Source: Octopus sinensis (lineage: Eukaryota). Taken from it: 64,000 bases of DNA. This document shows positions 1 to 13,856 of the stretch, piece by piece. The stretch lies in contig NC_043000.1 in NCBI RefSeq assembly GCF_006345805.1, positions 36,456,001-36,520,000 of the forward strand, read 5' to 3'. How positions within the stretch are numbered: position 1 is the first letter of the stretch; each line of letters begins with the position of its first letter. Made by a program: the position numbers and the translations under genes. Below the pieces are notes generated by a model that saw only the letters and a list, made by a program, of their open reading frames with translations, did no database searches and had not been told where the DNA came from.

Positions 1-14
1 TATTATATATATAA

Positions 15-591
15 TAGATTTCTTAACGGGGATTTCAGGGAGTCGCTGGCGATGTATCGTGATGATCAAAAATCCGGCCTGCTATAATTTGGTTAAAGTC
101 ATTCAAACTGGTCACATTTAATCCAAAGCGTTAAAAATGTTATGAAAACAATTGGTATGTGTTCACAAAGTCCAATCGATTAATACGAAAAAACCCTCCA
201 GGCTACATCCCGAAAATTCATTTCTTTGCCGAATTTCTACATGTTTACGGCGATTCGTTTTTATATCTTGATTTTTTATTTTTCATGCAATTTACGCATG
301 CTTGCACGCGTGGTGAACACAGTTCACGTCAAACAGCTGACTGAGTAAAGTTCACTATTCAATGCATGGGATAAGGCCTAAACAAACATATTATCGATTT
401 TTGCACATGCGAGATGAATTTCGGAACAGAAATAGCGCAGTTCAATTTTCATTCGCCTAAACTTTAAGTGATCCATTTTTGGTGGTTCTACGATTTGTTG
501 GCTAGAAGGAGATGTGCCTGGAAGTTAAAAACACAGACACACACACACAGATACACACACAGACACACAAGTTGAGTTTTATATATATAGA
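15..591 (-). mobile_element. Helitron-like non-autonomous element, 3' end unresolved
   Basis: Minus strand begins A^TCTATATATATAAAACTCAACTTGTGTGTCTGTG, a typical Helitron-N 5' terminus followed by a GT/GTCT microsatellite. No clean hairpin plus CTRR 3' end was found. Confidence 0.45.
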
Positions 592-959
592 TATATGCAC
601 ATATGCATGACGTATTATTTAAGTATATTTTCAATAATTACTACGATAAAACACTATCCAATATCTCCAGCAGAGTGAATATATTCCAATAACACCTATT
701 CCATCTGATCCCTTCTGTCCAAACCAAATAAATCTCTTTACACCAGTTCAGTCCTCTATAGATTTCAGGACATCGTTTTATTTTAAAACACCATCATTTC
801 TCTTTTAATAATACGACAGATTATAATGAAAAACCATATCCAGTTCTGCTTCTATAACCATGTCAATTTAATATTCATGCATGTTAGAGAATATTAGATA
901 ACTTTATGGGCGATATTGCCCCGTCCTTGCCACTAATTTGTTTTTCTGATTACTTGGGG

Positions 960-1260
960 TTTAAATCTCTGATGCTGAAAATATGCGAAACTACTATCCA
1001 TTCCTCCACGTTTAGTAGAAATGTCCCAATCGTTGGATCCTGTATAATATATAGCATAAAAAGCCCATGGATTGAAGGATTCATGGCTGTTTAATATCTT
1101 CCCAAGCAATCTGAGAAATCTACGAGGAGTAGAGATAGAGCTTTTCAACTTGACCCTTTTCTTCCCAGGGTCTGAGTTGAACCTACATCACGACAAGAAA
1201 TTCAAAAAAGGCAGCGATATCCATCAGCGTCACTCACCAAAAGCCAACCCCAAAGATTAG
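960..1260 (+). mobile_element. Degenerate CR1-group LINE ORF2 C-terminal fragment
   Basis: WLFNIFPSNLRNLRGVEIELF resembles QLFNILPKNLRDLHGVDADVF of the copy at 17670-17995. Confidence 0.55.
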
Positions 1261-1398
1261 GATGAAACGTATAAAAGAATAAAAGAAGAAAAGAATAACT
1301 TTAAAATGTTGAATTTGGACATAATAATCTTAGTTGCAACTTGTTTCACGAGACATTGTGAAACAACTTCCATCATATATTTAGGCTGACTGCCCAGC

Positions 1399-1613
<215 letters not shown>

Positions 1614-2134
1614 GATAAATAAAAATATATGTATACATACAAACATATATGTACGTACCTACATCTACATGTATATGTACATGCATATATAAATAATTAT
1701 ACGTGAGCACAGGACACGACAACAAGACGTAGAAACGGGAAAAACAAAAAAAAACAGTTACAGGACGTGCTACACAAGGAAAAAACCCCGTCATCAGCTG
1801 TCGCTAGTAGACTCAAGCATGTTTCGAAGGCAAGACAGAACACTAATCCACTAGGCCTTCCTGCGAGAGAATTAAAATAAAATTCCAAGCAGCGGGGCAA
1901 AATGAGTACGAACACGAACAGGACATAACAATAAAACTGCAAAAATAAAAATACACGTACAAAAAATACAAATAATTACAAAACGAGAAAATAAAAAGAG
2001 AATACGATACGGGAAATCAAACACACAAGAGGACGAACGAAAAAGCCTTTTATATATATATAAGTGCGCCCATGTGTATATGCTGCTGCTGCTGATGAAG
2101 ATGATATAATAGCCCAACTATGGAAAATTAAAGA

Positions 2135-2385
2135 AGGAGAAGATAGTGCCAATGATTGTTTGGTCCTTGGGAACAGTTTCAGAAGGTATCAAGTGGAATA
2201 TAAAGGAAACTGGAGTAGAGTGCCCAGTAGAACTGTTAGAAAAGGTTTGCCTCTTTGGCACGGCCAGAATAATCAGGAAAGTATTGGATAGCTGAAAAGA
2301 ATGAATAGCATGCTACCGTAGGTTACACGTAGTAAGCCCGCTACGCATGCAAGCGCATCCCACAAAACCTGTGATAAAGAGAAAA
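2135..2385 (+). mobile_element. R4/Dong-type LINE 3' fragment
   Basis: KIVPMIVWSLGTVS...VELLEKVCLFGTARIIRKVLDS* matches the C-terminus of restriction-like-endonuclease (RLE) LINEs. It ends at AAT repeats. Confidence 0.7.
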
Positions 2386-2394
2386 TAATAATAA

Positions 2395-2610
2395 TCCTTT
2401 CTATTATCGGCACAAGGCCTAAAATTTGCTGGGAGAGGGTGTGTGGATTACATTGACCCCAGTGTGTAGCTGGTACTTATATCATCGACTCCTAAAAAGA
2501 TGAAAGCAGGTCGACCTCGGCGGAATTTGTATTGAAATAGGAGCGACGGGCTAAATACCGCTAAGTATTTCCTTCAGCGTTCTAACGATTTCGGCAGTTC
2601 CGTGCCTTAA
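2395..2610 (-). mobile_element. SINE family B (Nin/Deu-domain-like), degenerate
   Basis: Reverse complement of a diverged GCCGAGGTCGAC...TTTCATC...GTCGAT...AAGTACCAG core. Confidence 0.7.
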
Positions 2611-2645
2611 ATAATAATAATAATGATGATGATGATGATGATAAA

Positions 2646-2685
<40 letters not shown>

Positions 2686-2841
2686 TAATAATAATAATAA
2701 TAAATAATAATAATAATGATAATAATAATATGTGCCTGGTGTAGCCTTATCAGACGGGTAGTCATGATGGGTATACTGGGCTTCGTATATTTTAACCCAG
2801 TGTCACTTTGATGGCATGCACTGCCCTCTCACTCAATAATG

Positions 2842-2931
<90 letters not shown>
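2611..2931. repeat. (AAT)n arrays interrupted by a ~105-bp insert (2730-2835), probably a LINE 3' UTR
   Basis: AAT tracts are visible on both sides of a non-repetitive segment. The origin of the insert is inferred. Confidence 0.75.
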
Positions 2932-2932
<1 letters not shown>

Positions 2933-4262
2933 GTGAAGATGAAATAAACAGTGCTTGTATTTATTGGCAAAATGACCGTCCCCAAATATAACTACATATG
3001 AAACCTTATAATATTCAACATTATAATATTCCTGTATCTATGAGGACACAGCATAATAGTAGGGATTCGAAGGGAATTCGAGTTGAACGTTTTTATTGTT
3101 GTTGTTGTTTTCATTGTTGCTGTTATTGTTGTTCGTTGTTAAACACCAGGCAGTCCATGGGAAATAAAACCAATGATCGAAGCTTTTCTGCCCAGGAGCT
3201 TTTCGCCTGTGGTTCCAAAATTACATTACCGAATTTGCCCTTCCTCTATTAATGGAAGTAGTGTAGTAAAGAGAGAGTTTGCCTGTTACTTCTAGCAAGG
3301 TTGTTTACCTATTAGTAACGGTTTCCTATCAGATGTGATTTGTTCTCTACTAAGTGGAGTGCAGTTTAAACCTGTGTAATGATGATGATATTGTTGATGA
3401 CGAGGAGGAAGAGGAGGCGAAGAGTGATGTGTGTGTGTATGTTTAAGTGTGTATTTATGTGTGCATATGTTTGCGTGTAAGAGTGTGTGTGAGAGAGAGA
3501 GAGAAAGGGTGAGAGAGAGAGAGAGAAGCAGGATATGTCAGTCTGTGCGCGCGCGTGTGTGACTAAATCAGTTACAAGAGGAATAAACAACACCAATGTC
3601 TACAGTAAACCGGTCACCTGACATCTATAAAGAAGACAACGCAGAACGGTTGTTTGTTGGTTTGATATTCGATTTTTTCCAATAAATCACACAGAAAGAC
3701 GGCTCATTATGGTAATGTGTTTAAAATTTCAAGATATTCTTTGTTCGGTGAATATCTTAGAAGCTAGAATATATTCTCCTCTCCAGTTTCGTTTATCACT
3801 GTTTTACCTTACAGCTTTCTGGTGCCTTTTTGTCCTCAGGCATTATTTGGCGTCACTCTATGGCTGCCGTGTAGGAGATAATGCAATGTAGATAATTTCG
3901 ATCAGATCATTTGGCAAAAAGCCACTTTCTTACTTTCATTATTTTCCTACTGAGCCCATCTTTCATAAGACGTGAATCTTCTCTACTTAATTTCGCTGGC
4001 TTTCCCTTTCTTTCTCTCTACTCTCTCTTTTTCTCCCCCTCTTTATCTTCCTTTTGTTTTCCTCTTCTCTCTTTCTTTTCTTCTTCTCTCTCTCTTTCAA
4101 TTTGTTTGTTTTATTTTTATTTTCGTGGAATTTTTAACTTTTCTTCCTCCGGAAAACGTCGAATCGTGAAACATTTTATACATTGAGATATTCTATAAGT
4201 AAGACAGAAACAAATTCGTTGTGTATACAAAAGCATGTGTGTGCCTATATTTTCAAATTTCC

Positions 4263-4310
<48 letters not shown>

Positions 4311-4599
4311 ATGTCTTTGTGTCTGTGTTGTATATATATATGGTTACTGAAACCTTTCTTGTACAAAGAGTTCAAATATGTTGCCTAGTTATTGTAGCTG
4401 TTTGCAGGCAGATAAGTTTCTTCTACCTTACTTCAGCCAATCATCTGTAGTTAATCTCGCTTTATCAAGGTTTTTATCAATAAGTGCATGACGTTTTTTC
4501 GTTAGGGGAATATTCCAAAATGCATCACCAACTTTTTTAGACTTCCCCAGCCTCATATTCAGGAGCAAGACTATATGACACTTGTTACTATGTCCCTAT

Positions 4600-5032
4600 T
4601 CTAAGTAGGGCTAATAAGATTGATACAGATATGATCATGGGAAATTTATTATTCGAGCCATATTTATATTTTTTCTCCCCAGTGTTTGACTGAAGAGATT
4701 AAATAAACAAACTACCAAGGTAAAAAATATAGAGTACAACCGTAGGTTTTATACTTTATAAAGTAGATGCCAAAGAAAGAGAGAATTATGGGAGCCGAGA
4801 CAGTGACATGAAAGCACTGTGGAAGACTAAGTTGAACACAACTCCAAAAATGCTACCTAAAAGTCTGAGGGATACTAGAACCGAATATCGCAATGTCAGT
4901 GTAAGGAAACTGCAATACTGAATTCGGTAGGAATTCTAAGAAAATAGTCTTGAGATCTGAGGAAACATGTTATCACCAAAGATCATAACAATGATAACAC
5001 ATCCCTGCTAGCTATTAAAGAGTATAATATTT

Positions 5033-5098
<66 letters not shown>

Positions 5099-5430
5099 TG
5101 ATGATGATGTTGATGATGATGATGTTGATGATGATGATGATGATGATGATGTGATGATAATGATGATGATGGGGAGGAGGAGGCGGAGGATCGCAAAAAT
5201 ATTGTGATATTATGACCACAGTTTTTGAAGCCAGAGACTCGATATGACCAAACAAGTAATATAATTCAATGCGAAAAGGTAAGAACGAAATTGAGAAGAT
5301 TGAAAAATATCCTGATCCAAGCAGAGAAATGAAAAAATTGTCGAAGACTAAAATTACTGGCAGAAAAGTGATATCCTGCATTCAGCAATAATCTTGAGAA
5401 AGATGTTTGACATTTGAGGAGAATTTCTCT
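4600..5430 (+). mobile_element. Highly degenerate R4/Dong 3' fragments separated by (AAT)n/(GAT)n
   Basis: Remnants such as ETAIL..VGILRK near 4905-4945 and EKIEKYPDPSREMKKL at 5290-5340. Confidence 0.5.
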
Positions 5431-5479
5431 TACTAAACCTCAAAATAACACTCCGCAACAGAATTAACATGTAATAGCT

Positions 5480-5556
<77 letters not shown>

Positions 5557-5557
5557 T

Positions 5558-5884
5558 GACAACAAGGTATGCGATAAGGAAGAAAGAAAAGTCGATAGAT
5601 ATGACAGATTAGCTTTGGGAGGTTGAGCAGTTGGGGTCGATAAAAAAGGTGGTAGTAGTACCAATAATTGTCGGAGCCCCGGGAACAGTGAGCAAAAATC
5701 TCGAGAAGTACATGGAACAAATAGGGACTGCAATAAGGGTGGAGCACTTGCAGAAAACTGCACTGCTTGGAACTGCTGGGATACTCCGGAAGGTGCTCGA
5801 AAAATAAGTGTTACCTTAGTTCACTGGTAGTGAAGAGCTGACGTTTTAGTACATCTCCAGCGTTAGAAGCTGTGCAAAGACAGT
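5558..5884 (+). mobile_element. 5'-truncated R4/Dong LINE inserted in (AAT)n
   Basis: DNKVCDKEERKVDRYDRL...KKVVVVPIIVGAPGTVSKNLEKYMEQIGTAIRVEHLQKTALLGTAGILRKVLEK* plus a short 3' UTR, with AAT arrays on both flanks. Confidence 0.85.
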
Positions 5885-5897
5885 AATAATAATGATG

Positions 5898-5935
<38 letters not shown>

Positions 5936-5947
5936 TAATAATAATAA

Positions 5948-8455
5948 GGATTTATTTAATAACCACATGTTTTTACATTGAGAAAAACATTTTGGATACT
6001 ACAGAACAAAAGAAAGTATGTGTGTGTGAGGATTTTGCGCGTAAAGGAGACCAACAAAATGTGTAATCTTCAATAGGAAGGAGACGTTCGAGGGCTGCTC
6101 ATGTAAAAACCTCATAAAGAAAAACCATGGGTAACCTGACTTTTGGAGCAGGTGCCTATTTTCCTTACCCTTTTTTACAATTACAGGCGTATTCTCAGGG
6201 CAGGCCTGTTCACTCTCACTATTCTCGCCACTTTCATCCACCTTTCAGCAAACTGGCCAGAAGACAACACTTCCCTCTCTCTACCCTTATTTTCCTTTTC
6301 AAGTGAAGCTTGAAGAAGTTGATCAGGGATTGACCAAAGAGAAAAGTGTTTGTCTTCAGCTCCTTTAATCTCGTCCATCATACATCTTTCGCCATAGCCA
6401 CCTGGGATATAAACACAGCCTTTCTTTCCCGGTTAAAGAAAGTCGTCACTGCAATATTCACGATGGATTTATTTGAAGCCGTATCTGTGCCACGCGCGGC
6501 TGCAGGTGTTGGGCATAAACCCATGGGTCAGCAATGCTCGATGGTGCTCCTGCATTCGTCACTGGACGAATGCATGCAGCACCGTCTCGTCGTCCTGTGT
6601 GTATTTTGGACATGCTCGGCTGACGGCACTTAGATGCCTGTAAAGCTTATCTCGAACAGGCAAAGCTCCCCGGTAGCACTGCCAGGCCAGAGATTTTTGA
6701 AAATCACCTATCGGTCCCGGCTGAAATGTCTGCGGAAAAGAGCGGCTAGTTGACCTTCTTCGACATTCAAGGTATCTCCAGAACGTCGTCACACTTTTCC
6801 TCCACTAATCCTCTATGAAAATCTAAAGTGAACGTTCCACCTATCGCACTGTCCGCTTGGCTGAGGGCTGTGAGCGCTTCAAGACAATCCACTTTCCAAA
6901 TGCCCCATCTCAGTCTCTATTTTACCCAGGACTGCAGCTCCGTTAAGAAACTAGCTGCGGAAATATGTTTCCGGCGAACGGCGACCACGCCTATTTACCG
7001 CCAAGGAAGCTCTGGATATGTCTTAGCCTTACCGCATGTCTGCACTTAGTTAACCACTGCATGACCAGGTCACAATTCAGTGGGTTTTGACAGCAGATTG
7101 ACCACCTGATAATCGGGACGCGTCCCTTCCCCCATGAAGTGGAAGAGTATACTCTCCAGGGTAATCAGACGGTGGTCGGAACAAGGCACTACGGTCAAGC
7201 GATAGTAGATGACGGACGCGATATGCGCTTTAGCCACCTCTGCCCGACCTTTCAGGGATAGCTTTCTCTCGACCCATTTCTGGGTAAGAGTAGTCAAACT
7301 GCTCGTTACCTCGTCCCAGTTTAGTCCATCTGGAGTTCCAGACCGAACCAAATTCCGTGCAATTTAACCAGTCTGTCTGTCCAGCGCCCAACGACGCAGT
7401 CGGACAGCATAGACTTGCTTCTCCAGGTGCCGAGCCGCAAGCCCATTGATATTTCTTAGTTAATTGTCGCTTCTGAAACCACATCGCAGTCCCTGAGAGC
7501 GGTGTTGATCGTTTCTATGTGTTTAAGAACCGACACCACTATGGTGACGTTGTCGGCATATGCCGACACGCATCTCCCACGTCCTAGACCACGAGGGATG
7601 CCTCTCAACGCCTCCGATTTGTGTAGTATTGTCTCGAGAGTCAGTGCATACAAGAGAGACGAGAGAGTTGGGGGCAACCTTGCCGGACCTAGTGCATCTT
7701 GTTGAACGGCTCTGAGAGGTGGCCATTCACTCTAACCACTGAAAAGATGTCGCTGTGCATTGCAGTGATTCAGCCCCTGAATACAGACCCGAATACAGAC
7801 CCGAATACAGACCCAAAACCACCGTTCTTCAGGATCACAAAACTGGGAATTCTCCCATTCTATCACCAGTTGCAGTAAACGTTTGCTAAGAGGTCGCCGA
7901 ACAAGTCTGGAATGTAAGCGTAAAGCTCGTAGGGCAGACCATCCAAACCAAGCGATTTACCCCTCGTGCAGCTAGCCATTGCTTCCCGTATTTCAAATTC
8001 TTTTATCGGCGTTTCGCAGTACTCCGTCTCCGACAGCCGCAGCTGTACGTCGAGGTAGGACGTGAAATCCATTCTGCGATCCAACTCACCGCTGCTCCCT
8101 ATCAATTGAGAGAAGTGCCGATGAAAGGCCGCGCAAATCTGTCTCGGATCTGTTATCATTTTGCCCGTCGTAATCCATGGATTTATTGCCGCGCCGTGTC
8201 TTTGCCACTCCGGCCTATTGAACGGCGTTCGTCCCTTCGTGTCTAAGTGCTCGTGCCTAAGCTCTGACAACACAACCTTCGTGTTTCGCGTTGAAGAATT
8301 GGTCGAGTACCAATCTCCCTGCGTCGCAGTACGATGGCTTTTCTAAAAGCCTCGTCTAAACTTTTAACTAGCCCTGCCCCTGCTCCGTTTCTTTCTACTG
8401 CTAGTCCTTTGCTAAAACTTGTCGATTCTATTCTAATCACCCTTTTTAGGGTGAA
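5948..8455 (-). mobile_element. L1/Tx1-clade LINE ORF2 relic (RT), 5'-truncated and frameshifted
   Basis: GKSLGLDGLPYELY, VRQGCP.LS.LLYALTLE, VSAYADNVTIVV and WVERKLSLKGRAEV motifs occur in order on the minus strand. Confidence 0.9.
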
Positions 8456-8460
8456 CTACT

Positions 8461-8871
8461 CTTTTACTCTTTTACTTGTTTCAGTTATGTGACAGTGGCC
8501 ATGCTAGAGCACCGCCTTTTAGTCGAGCAAATCGACCCCAGGACTGATTCTTTGTAAGCCTAGTACTTATTCCATCGGTTTCTTTTGCCGAACCGCTAAG
8601 TTACGGGGACGTAAACACACCAGTATCGGTTGTCAAGCGATTTTGCTGGTGGGGGGAACAAACACACACACACAAACATATACACACACATACATATATA
8701 TATATACATATACACCACGGGCTTCTTTGAGTTTCCGTCTACCAAATCCACTTACAAGGCATTGGGCAGCTCGACGCTATAGTAGAAGACACATGCCCAA
8801 GGTGCCACGCAGTGGGACTGAACCCGAAACCATGTGGTTCGTAAGCAAGCTTCAAAGCCACTCCTACGCCT
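8461..8871 (-). mobile_element. SINE family A (tRNA head, CORE-like box, internal GT repeat)
   Basis: Head GGCGTAGGAGTGGCT...GGTTCAGTCCC, GGCACCTTGGGCA box and (AAAAGAGT) tail. Many copies occur in the window. Confidence 0.9.
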
Positions 8872-8975
8872 ATTTATTTTTCATTACTAACCCCATCAAT
8901 GCCCTCGTAACTAATTCACTAATCCAGTCTCTGAAATCTTTACATGCCGACGACTGAAATCTTTATAATGATAAC

Positions 8976-9039
<64 letters not shown>

Positions 9040-9040
<1 letters not shown>

Positions 9041-9460
9041 GGCTTGGAATATTGCACACTGCCCCGAAAATAACTATGTTAGGAACAACCCAACGATTTG
9101 TAAAAGACGCTGTCAGTTCAATAGATAGATAGTTCAAAGAGAACATTCTTCTCACGCAAAACTCGCCGTATATAAATGAACATATAATAATCTCAAAAGC
9201 AACACAGTTCGTGCGACCTTATATTATACAAGATTAAAGCCTAGTAAAATAATGCAAGTAACATTTCACACAACAGAACAAAAACTAATATCACAATAAA
9301 CAAGCAGTTAAACCCCACAACAAAACAAACTGTTGCTTTACACCAACACAATGAGTCTACTCTCCTTCAGTTCCCACAGAAATCAGAACACAATGCTGCA
9401 CACGTCTCAGGGAATGGAGGTGGACAGAAACTGGCAGGAAAGTACGGTAGGAAAGCAAAA
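9040..9460 (+). mobile_element. R4/Dong-type LINE extreme 3' end after (AAT)n
   Basis: KITMLGTTQ...TLS motif directly follows the AAT tract. Confidence 0.5.
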
Positions 9461-10064
9461 TAATTCATGATGATAGATTTGAACAGAAATAAGTGCCTGG
9501 CAAACGAATCAAAATAATTTTTGAATATCAACTTGACAGAATATTTTTAGAAGACATCTAAAAAGATAGAAGATCGAAATTGTAAAACAAGAACAAATAG
9601 GTACGACTAACACATAACTATTAATGATTTTTATGTGCATACATAATGTGATTGAGGCATGGTGTTATTGCTGACGATGTTTGTAGATCGTTGTAGATAT
9701 TTGTGATCGCTACAGTATAAATGACTTTAATATTACAATACATTTTGAAAGAGAATAATGTTTCAGAAATATGTGAATTCATTAAAGATCGACATAGAAA
9801 AAAAATATTGATTATCCAAAGTATTTCTCTTCTCCATTGTTTCACAAGATACACGTTTTGCGTGGTTTGTCATGATTTCTTTTTCTTTTTCTCTTTTGAT
9901 ATATTTGATAACTAACATCTATAAAACACTATGTAGGTTTTTTTTAAATAAGTAATTGTTTTTGACTGTATTCATATATTCAGGTTTACATGCAACGTAT
10001 ATTACACATACACACATATCTATCCCTATCAAGATCGATGTGTACATCTATTTATCGCTCTCCC

Positions 10065-10116
<52 letters not shown>

Positions 10117-10274
10117 GAGAGAGTTGGTATGTGAAAGCACGTGCTTGGGTGTATAAAAGACAAAATAGAGTGAAAAAACTACAGAAGACTTGTGTTATAT
10201 GCTTAAAGATTATATTTAAATCGTTATGTTAGAAAAATGTTATAAAATTTTGCGTATATTAACATTGTTTTGGG

Positions 10275-10320
10275 AGAAATAACCGGTTTCATATTTTCTT
10301 TTCAAATTTTTCAAATTTCT
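10275..10320 (-). ncRNA. Degenerate minimal hammerhead motif (U3:A8 core, weak stem II)
   Basis: AGAAAT-TTGAAAA-...-GAAA-CCGG-TT-ATTTCT: 6-bp stem I and palindromic ACCGGT, but stem II is poorly paired. Confidence 0.35.
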
Positions 10321-11579
10321 TTACTTATATTGTGTCATCTCTTCGCTATGTTTTATGAAATATATCACATTGTATGTGTGCGTTTGTGTGTGCATGTGCG
10401 AATGTATGCTTATTAAAGTTGAGTAATTTTCTATTCTTTCAAGTTTTAACGAAGACTCGTTTCCTTGCAAAAAGGAGGTATTTTACGCAAGAGGCGTGCT
10501 TTAAATTTTGGCGAGTTTTTTTTCTTCAGAATGACAAATCATTTAGATTTCTATTTCGCTCTCGTTGCTGTAGTTTAGTCTGTTTATCTCTTTTTTTGTG
10601 GCGGCTTGTTAACATTATTTCGCTCTTTTTCGATGAAATATCAATTTTTTAAATATATATATGGGATTTTTCTGACAGCCCCTGATTAGCGTCTCCTTGC
10701 TTTTTATGCAGGGGTACAGTATTCAGAGATTAACATACTGAAGATCGAAATGTGTAATACATCGTATCTAATGCGAAACATGTCTCTAAAATTTTTGTTA
10801 TGTCACGTAACCCCTTTCTAGTGTTCCTTAAACTAATATCTCTAATCCAGAGTTGGCAACGTAAAAGCAATTATGTAGAGGCTGCTTGACATAAAAGAAC
10901 TTTGGAATAGTCGAGAGTTGTTAGCGCCTAAAGCGAACGCCATCAGCACACACTGTAACGATGCAATTTGAAAGGGAGCTACTGACGCCAGAGGCAAGAT
11001 GTGGTTGTAGCCTATAAAAGGTAGATTAGGCAAATGTTTATGCCTGAGTAGCAACATTATTTTCGATGAATTTCTCAATAACGTGACATCAATGATGAAT
11101 GAGATAGAAATTCTACATCCAAGTAGATTCGACGCTATAGAATTCATAGCTGGGGTTACTGCTTTAATCGACTTCCAGATAATTGAACTGGGATATAGTG
11201 TAACATATTTACAAGTATCAGAATAGAAGCATAGATTGAGAGAAATATATACGACACTGTTTGAAGTGAATAGAAGGAAATATAAGAAGACCGAATAAAC
11301 GATGTTAAGACTCGAAACCATTGGATGCATTCTTTCTGTTGGCGACTGAGTGTGCGAGGCGGGAAGATTTTGGTAGAAGAGAGAATGAATGGATTAGTGG
11401 AGATCTACAGAGATTATGCAACAAAGAGGCGATACGAAATCAGCATCGAATGAGTGAAGATTAATTGCGTGAACGCTTCTTAGGGAAGCTCATTGCTTCA
11501 CGAGTGGGATGCAAGCGGATTCCGCACTGTCGAGAAAGACACTTATATATTATATATATATATATAGATATATATATAT

Positions 11580-11635
<56 letters not shown>

Positions 11636-12611
11636 CATGCAATTAAGGTATTATAAATATTTTAATCTTCGGATTCTTTTTTAATATGCTAGACCACTGG
11701 TCTTAATTGATAATATCAATTTCTACCCATAATTAATTTTTATATATATAAGGTATATCTATATGTGTATACATATATATATATTTGTATATTATATATA
11801 TAATATATATATAGATAGATATATATTGTTATATAAAATATATAATATATATATATTTGTATAGAAAATAATATTATATACATATATACATAAGACATAT
11901 ATACACACATATATATGTACATATGTAGACGATAATATATATATATATACAGAGTGAGAGAGAGAGAGAGAACAAAAGATAGAAAGAGAGAGAGATCAGG
12001 AAAGCGTGAGAGAGAATCTAAAGAGGGAAGAGTTGTCGATTCACGCTGTCATCTGAAAGCAAAAACCGCTTTAGAGATCGAGTATATTTGCCATATTTGT
12101 ACACGTAAAAACTCGCGTGCGCGATTATACTTTCTTCCTATCTCGCTTTCTTTTTTCCTCTCTGGTCTTACTCTCTTTCTCACACACACTTTCTCTTTCT
12201 CTCTCTTCCATACACACACACACAGACAAAATCTGGTTCGTTTATACCGACATTATTTACACCATAAATATTTTCATGTGAATAGTTTCAGTAGTTAGCT
12301 ATGATGACTTAATTTTAAGAACAATATGAAAACAAGGAATGCTGATCATCACGTGACAGTGAACTTGCGAGTTATGCATTTGTTCCATAGGTAAAATCAA
12401 GAAATGTATTCTGCCGCGGTCGACTTTGCCTTGCACCCTTTCGGATCGATAAATTAAGCACCATTTGCGTACTGAGGTCCAGCGAATCGTCTGCGCCCTC
12501 CCACTCAAAATTTCTGCCCTTGTACCTAGAATAGAAAAGAATATCAAGAAATGTACTCTACAGAAAACAATAACAATTTCATTTATCAAATTCCTTGCCT
12601 GTTATTGAAAA

Positions 12612-13216
12612 TATTCTTTTCTATTCTAGGCACAAGGCTCGAAAATTTTGGGGAAAGGGGACAGTCGATGAGATGGATCCCAGTGCGAAACTGGTACTTA
12701 ATTTATCGACCAGGAAAGGATGAAAAGCAAAGTCGACCTCGGCGTAATTTGAACTCAGAACGTAAAGACAGACGAAAATACACTAAGCATTTCGCCAGGC
12801 GTGCTAACGTTTCTTATTACTTTATTGCCCACAAGGGGCTACACACAGGGGGGACAAACAAGGACAGACAAACGGATTAAGTCGATTGTATCGACCCCAG
12901 TGCGTAACTGGAACTTAATTATCGACCCCGAAAGGTTGAAAAGCAAAGTCGACCTCGGTGGAATTTGAACTCAGAACATAAAGACAGACGAAATACCTAT
13001 TTCTTTATTACCCACAAAGGGCTAAGCACAGAGAGGACAAACAAGGACAGACAAACGGATTATGTCAAGTATATCGACCCCAGTACGTAACTGGTACTTA
13101 TTTAATCGACCCGAAAGGATGAAAGGCAACGTCGACCTCGGCGGAATTTGAACTAAGAACGTAATGGCAGACGAAATTCGCCCGGTGTGCTAACGTTTCT
13201 GCCAGCTTGACGCCTT
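12612..13216 (-). mobile_element. SINE family B tandem array (~3 units)
   Basis: Three head-to-tail repeats of a CCCAGTGCGTAACTGG...GAAAGG(A/T)TGAAA...GTCGACCTCGG...GAACT block. Confidence 0.9.
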
Positions 13217-13380
13217 TGTTATTAAGTGAATAATTTTCATGAGAAAAATATTTATTACCTTACAATCAATTCAAATATATTTCCAATTTGTAAAACTAGT
13301 CACATGATAACTCTGTCATTCACATCTCCCCCTTCTCCCCTTCCTCCTCTGCGTCTGCTTCGTCTTCTTCATTTCTTCTT

Positions 13381-13480
13381 NNNNNNNNNNNNNNNNNNNN
13401 NNNNNNNNNNNNNNNNNNNNNNNNNNNNNNNNNNNNNNNNNNNNNNNNNNNNNNNNNNNNNNNNNNNNNNNNNNNNNNNN
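13381..13480. other. Assembly gap (100 N)
   Basis: Run of N. Confidence 1.
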
Positions 13481-13856
13481 GTTGGTGTGTTTGCAACTCA
13501 GTAAATTTACGGTTCGGTAAACGAGAGACCGATAGAATGAATACCAGGCTTAAGACAGATAATCAGAGTCAATTCATTCGATTAAAAATTCTACAAGGCG
13601 TTGCCCCCAGCATGGCTGTAGACAAATGGCGGAAACGTGAAAACGAATGGAAGGAACATATGCGGGGTTGTGCATTCATTGACCCAGTTCGTCACTAGCG
13701 TTTACCGACACATGTGTGGGTGGCAATGTGCGCCTGTATGTGTGTGTGTGTGTGTGTGCATGTTTTTGTACGTGTGTGTGTACAAAAGCAGCGTGTTCGG
13801 GCCCTACAAGTAAACTTCGGCGTTAATTTCAGCCTAATATATTATATTCTGCTAAA

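Noticed and set aside
1700-2060. PLE-tail-like repeat with CTGATGA and GAAACATG on minus
   Set aside because: The core halves belong to different hairpins and are in the wrong order to form one hammerhead.
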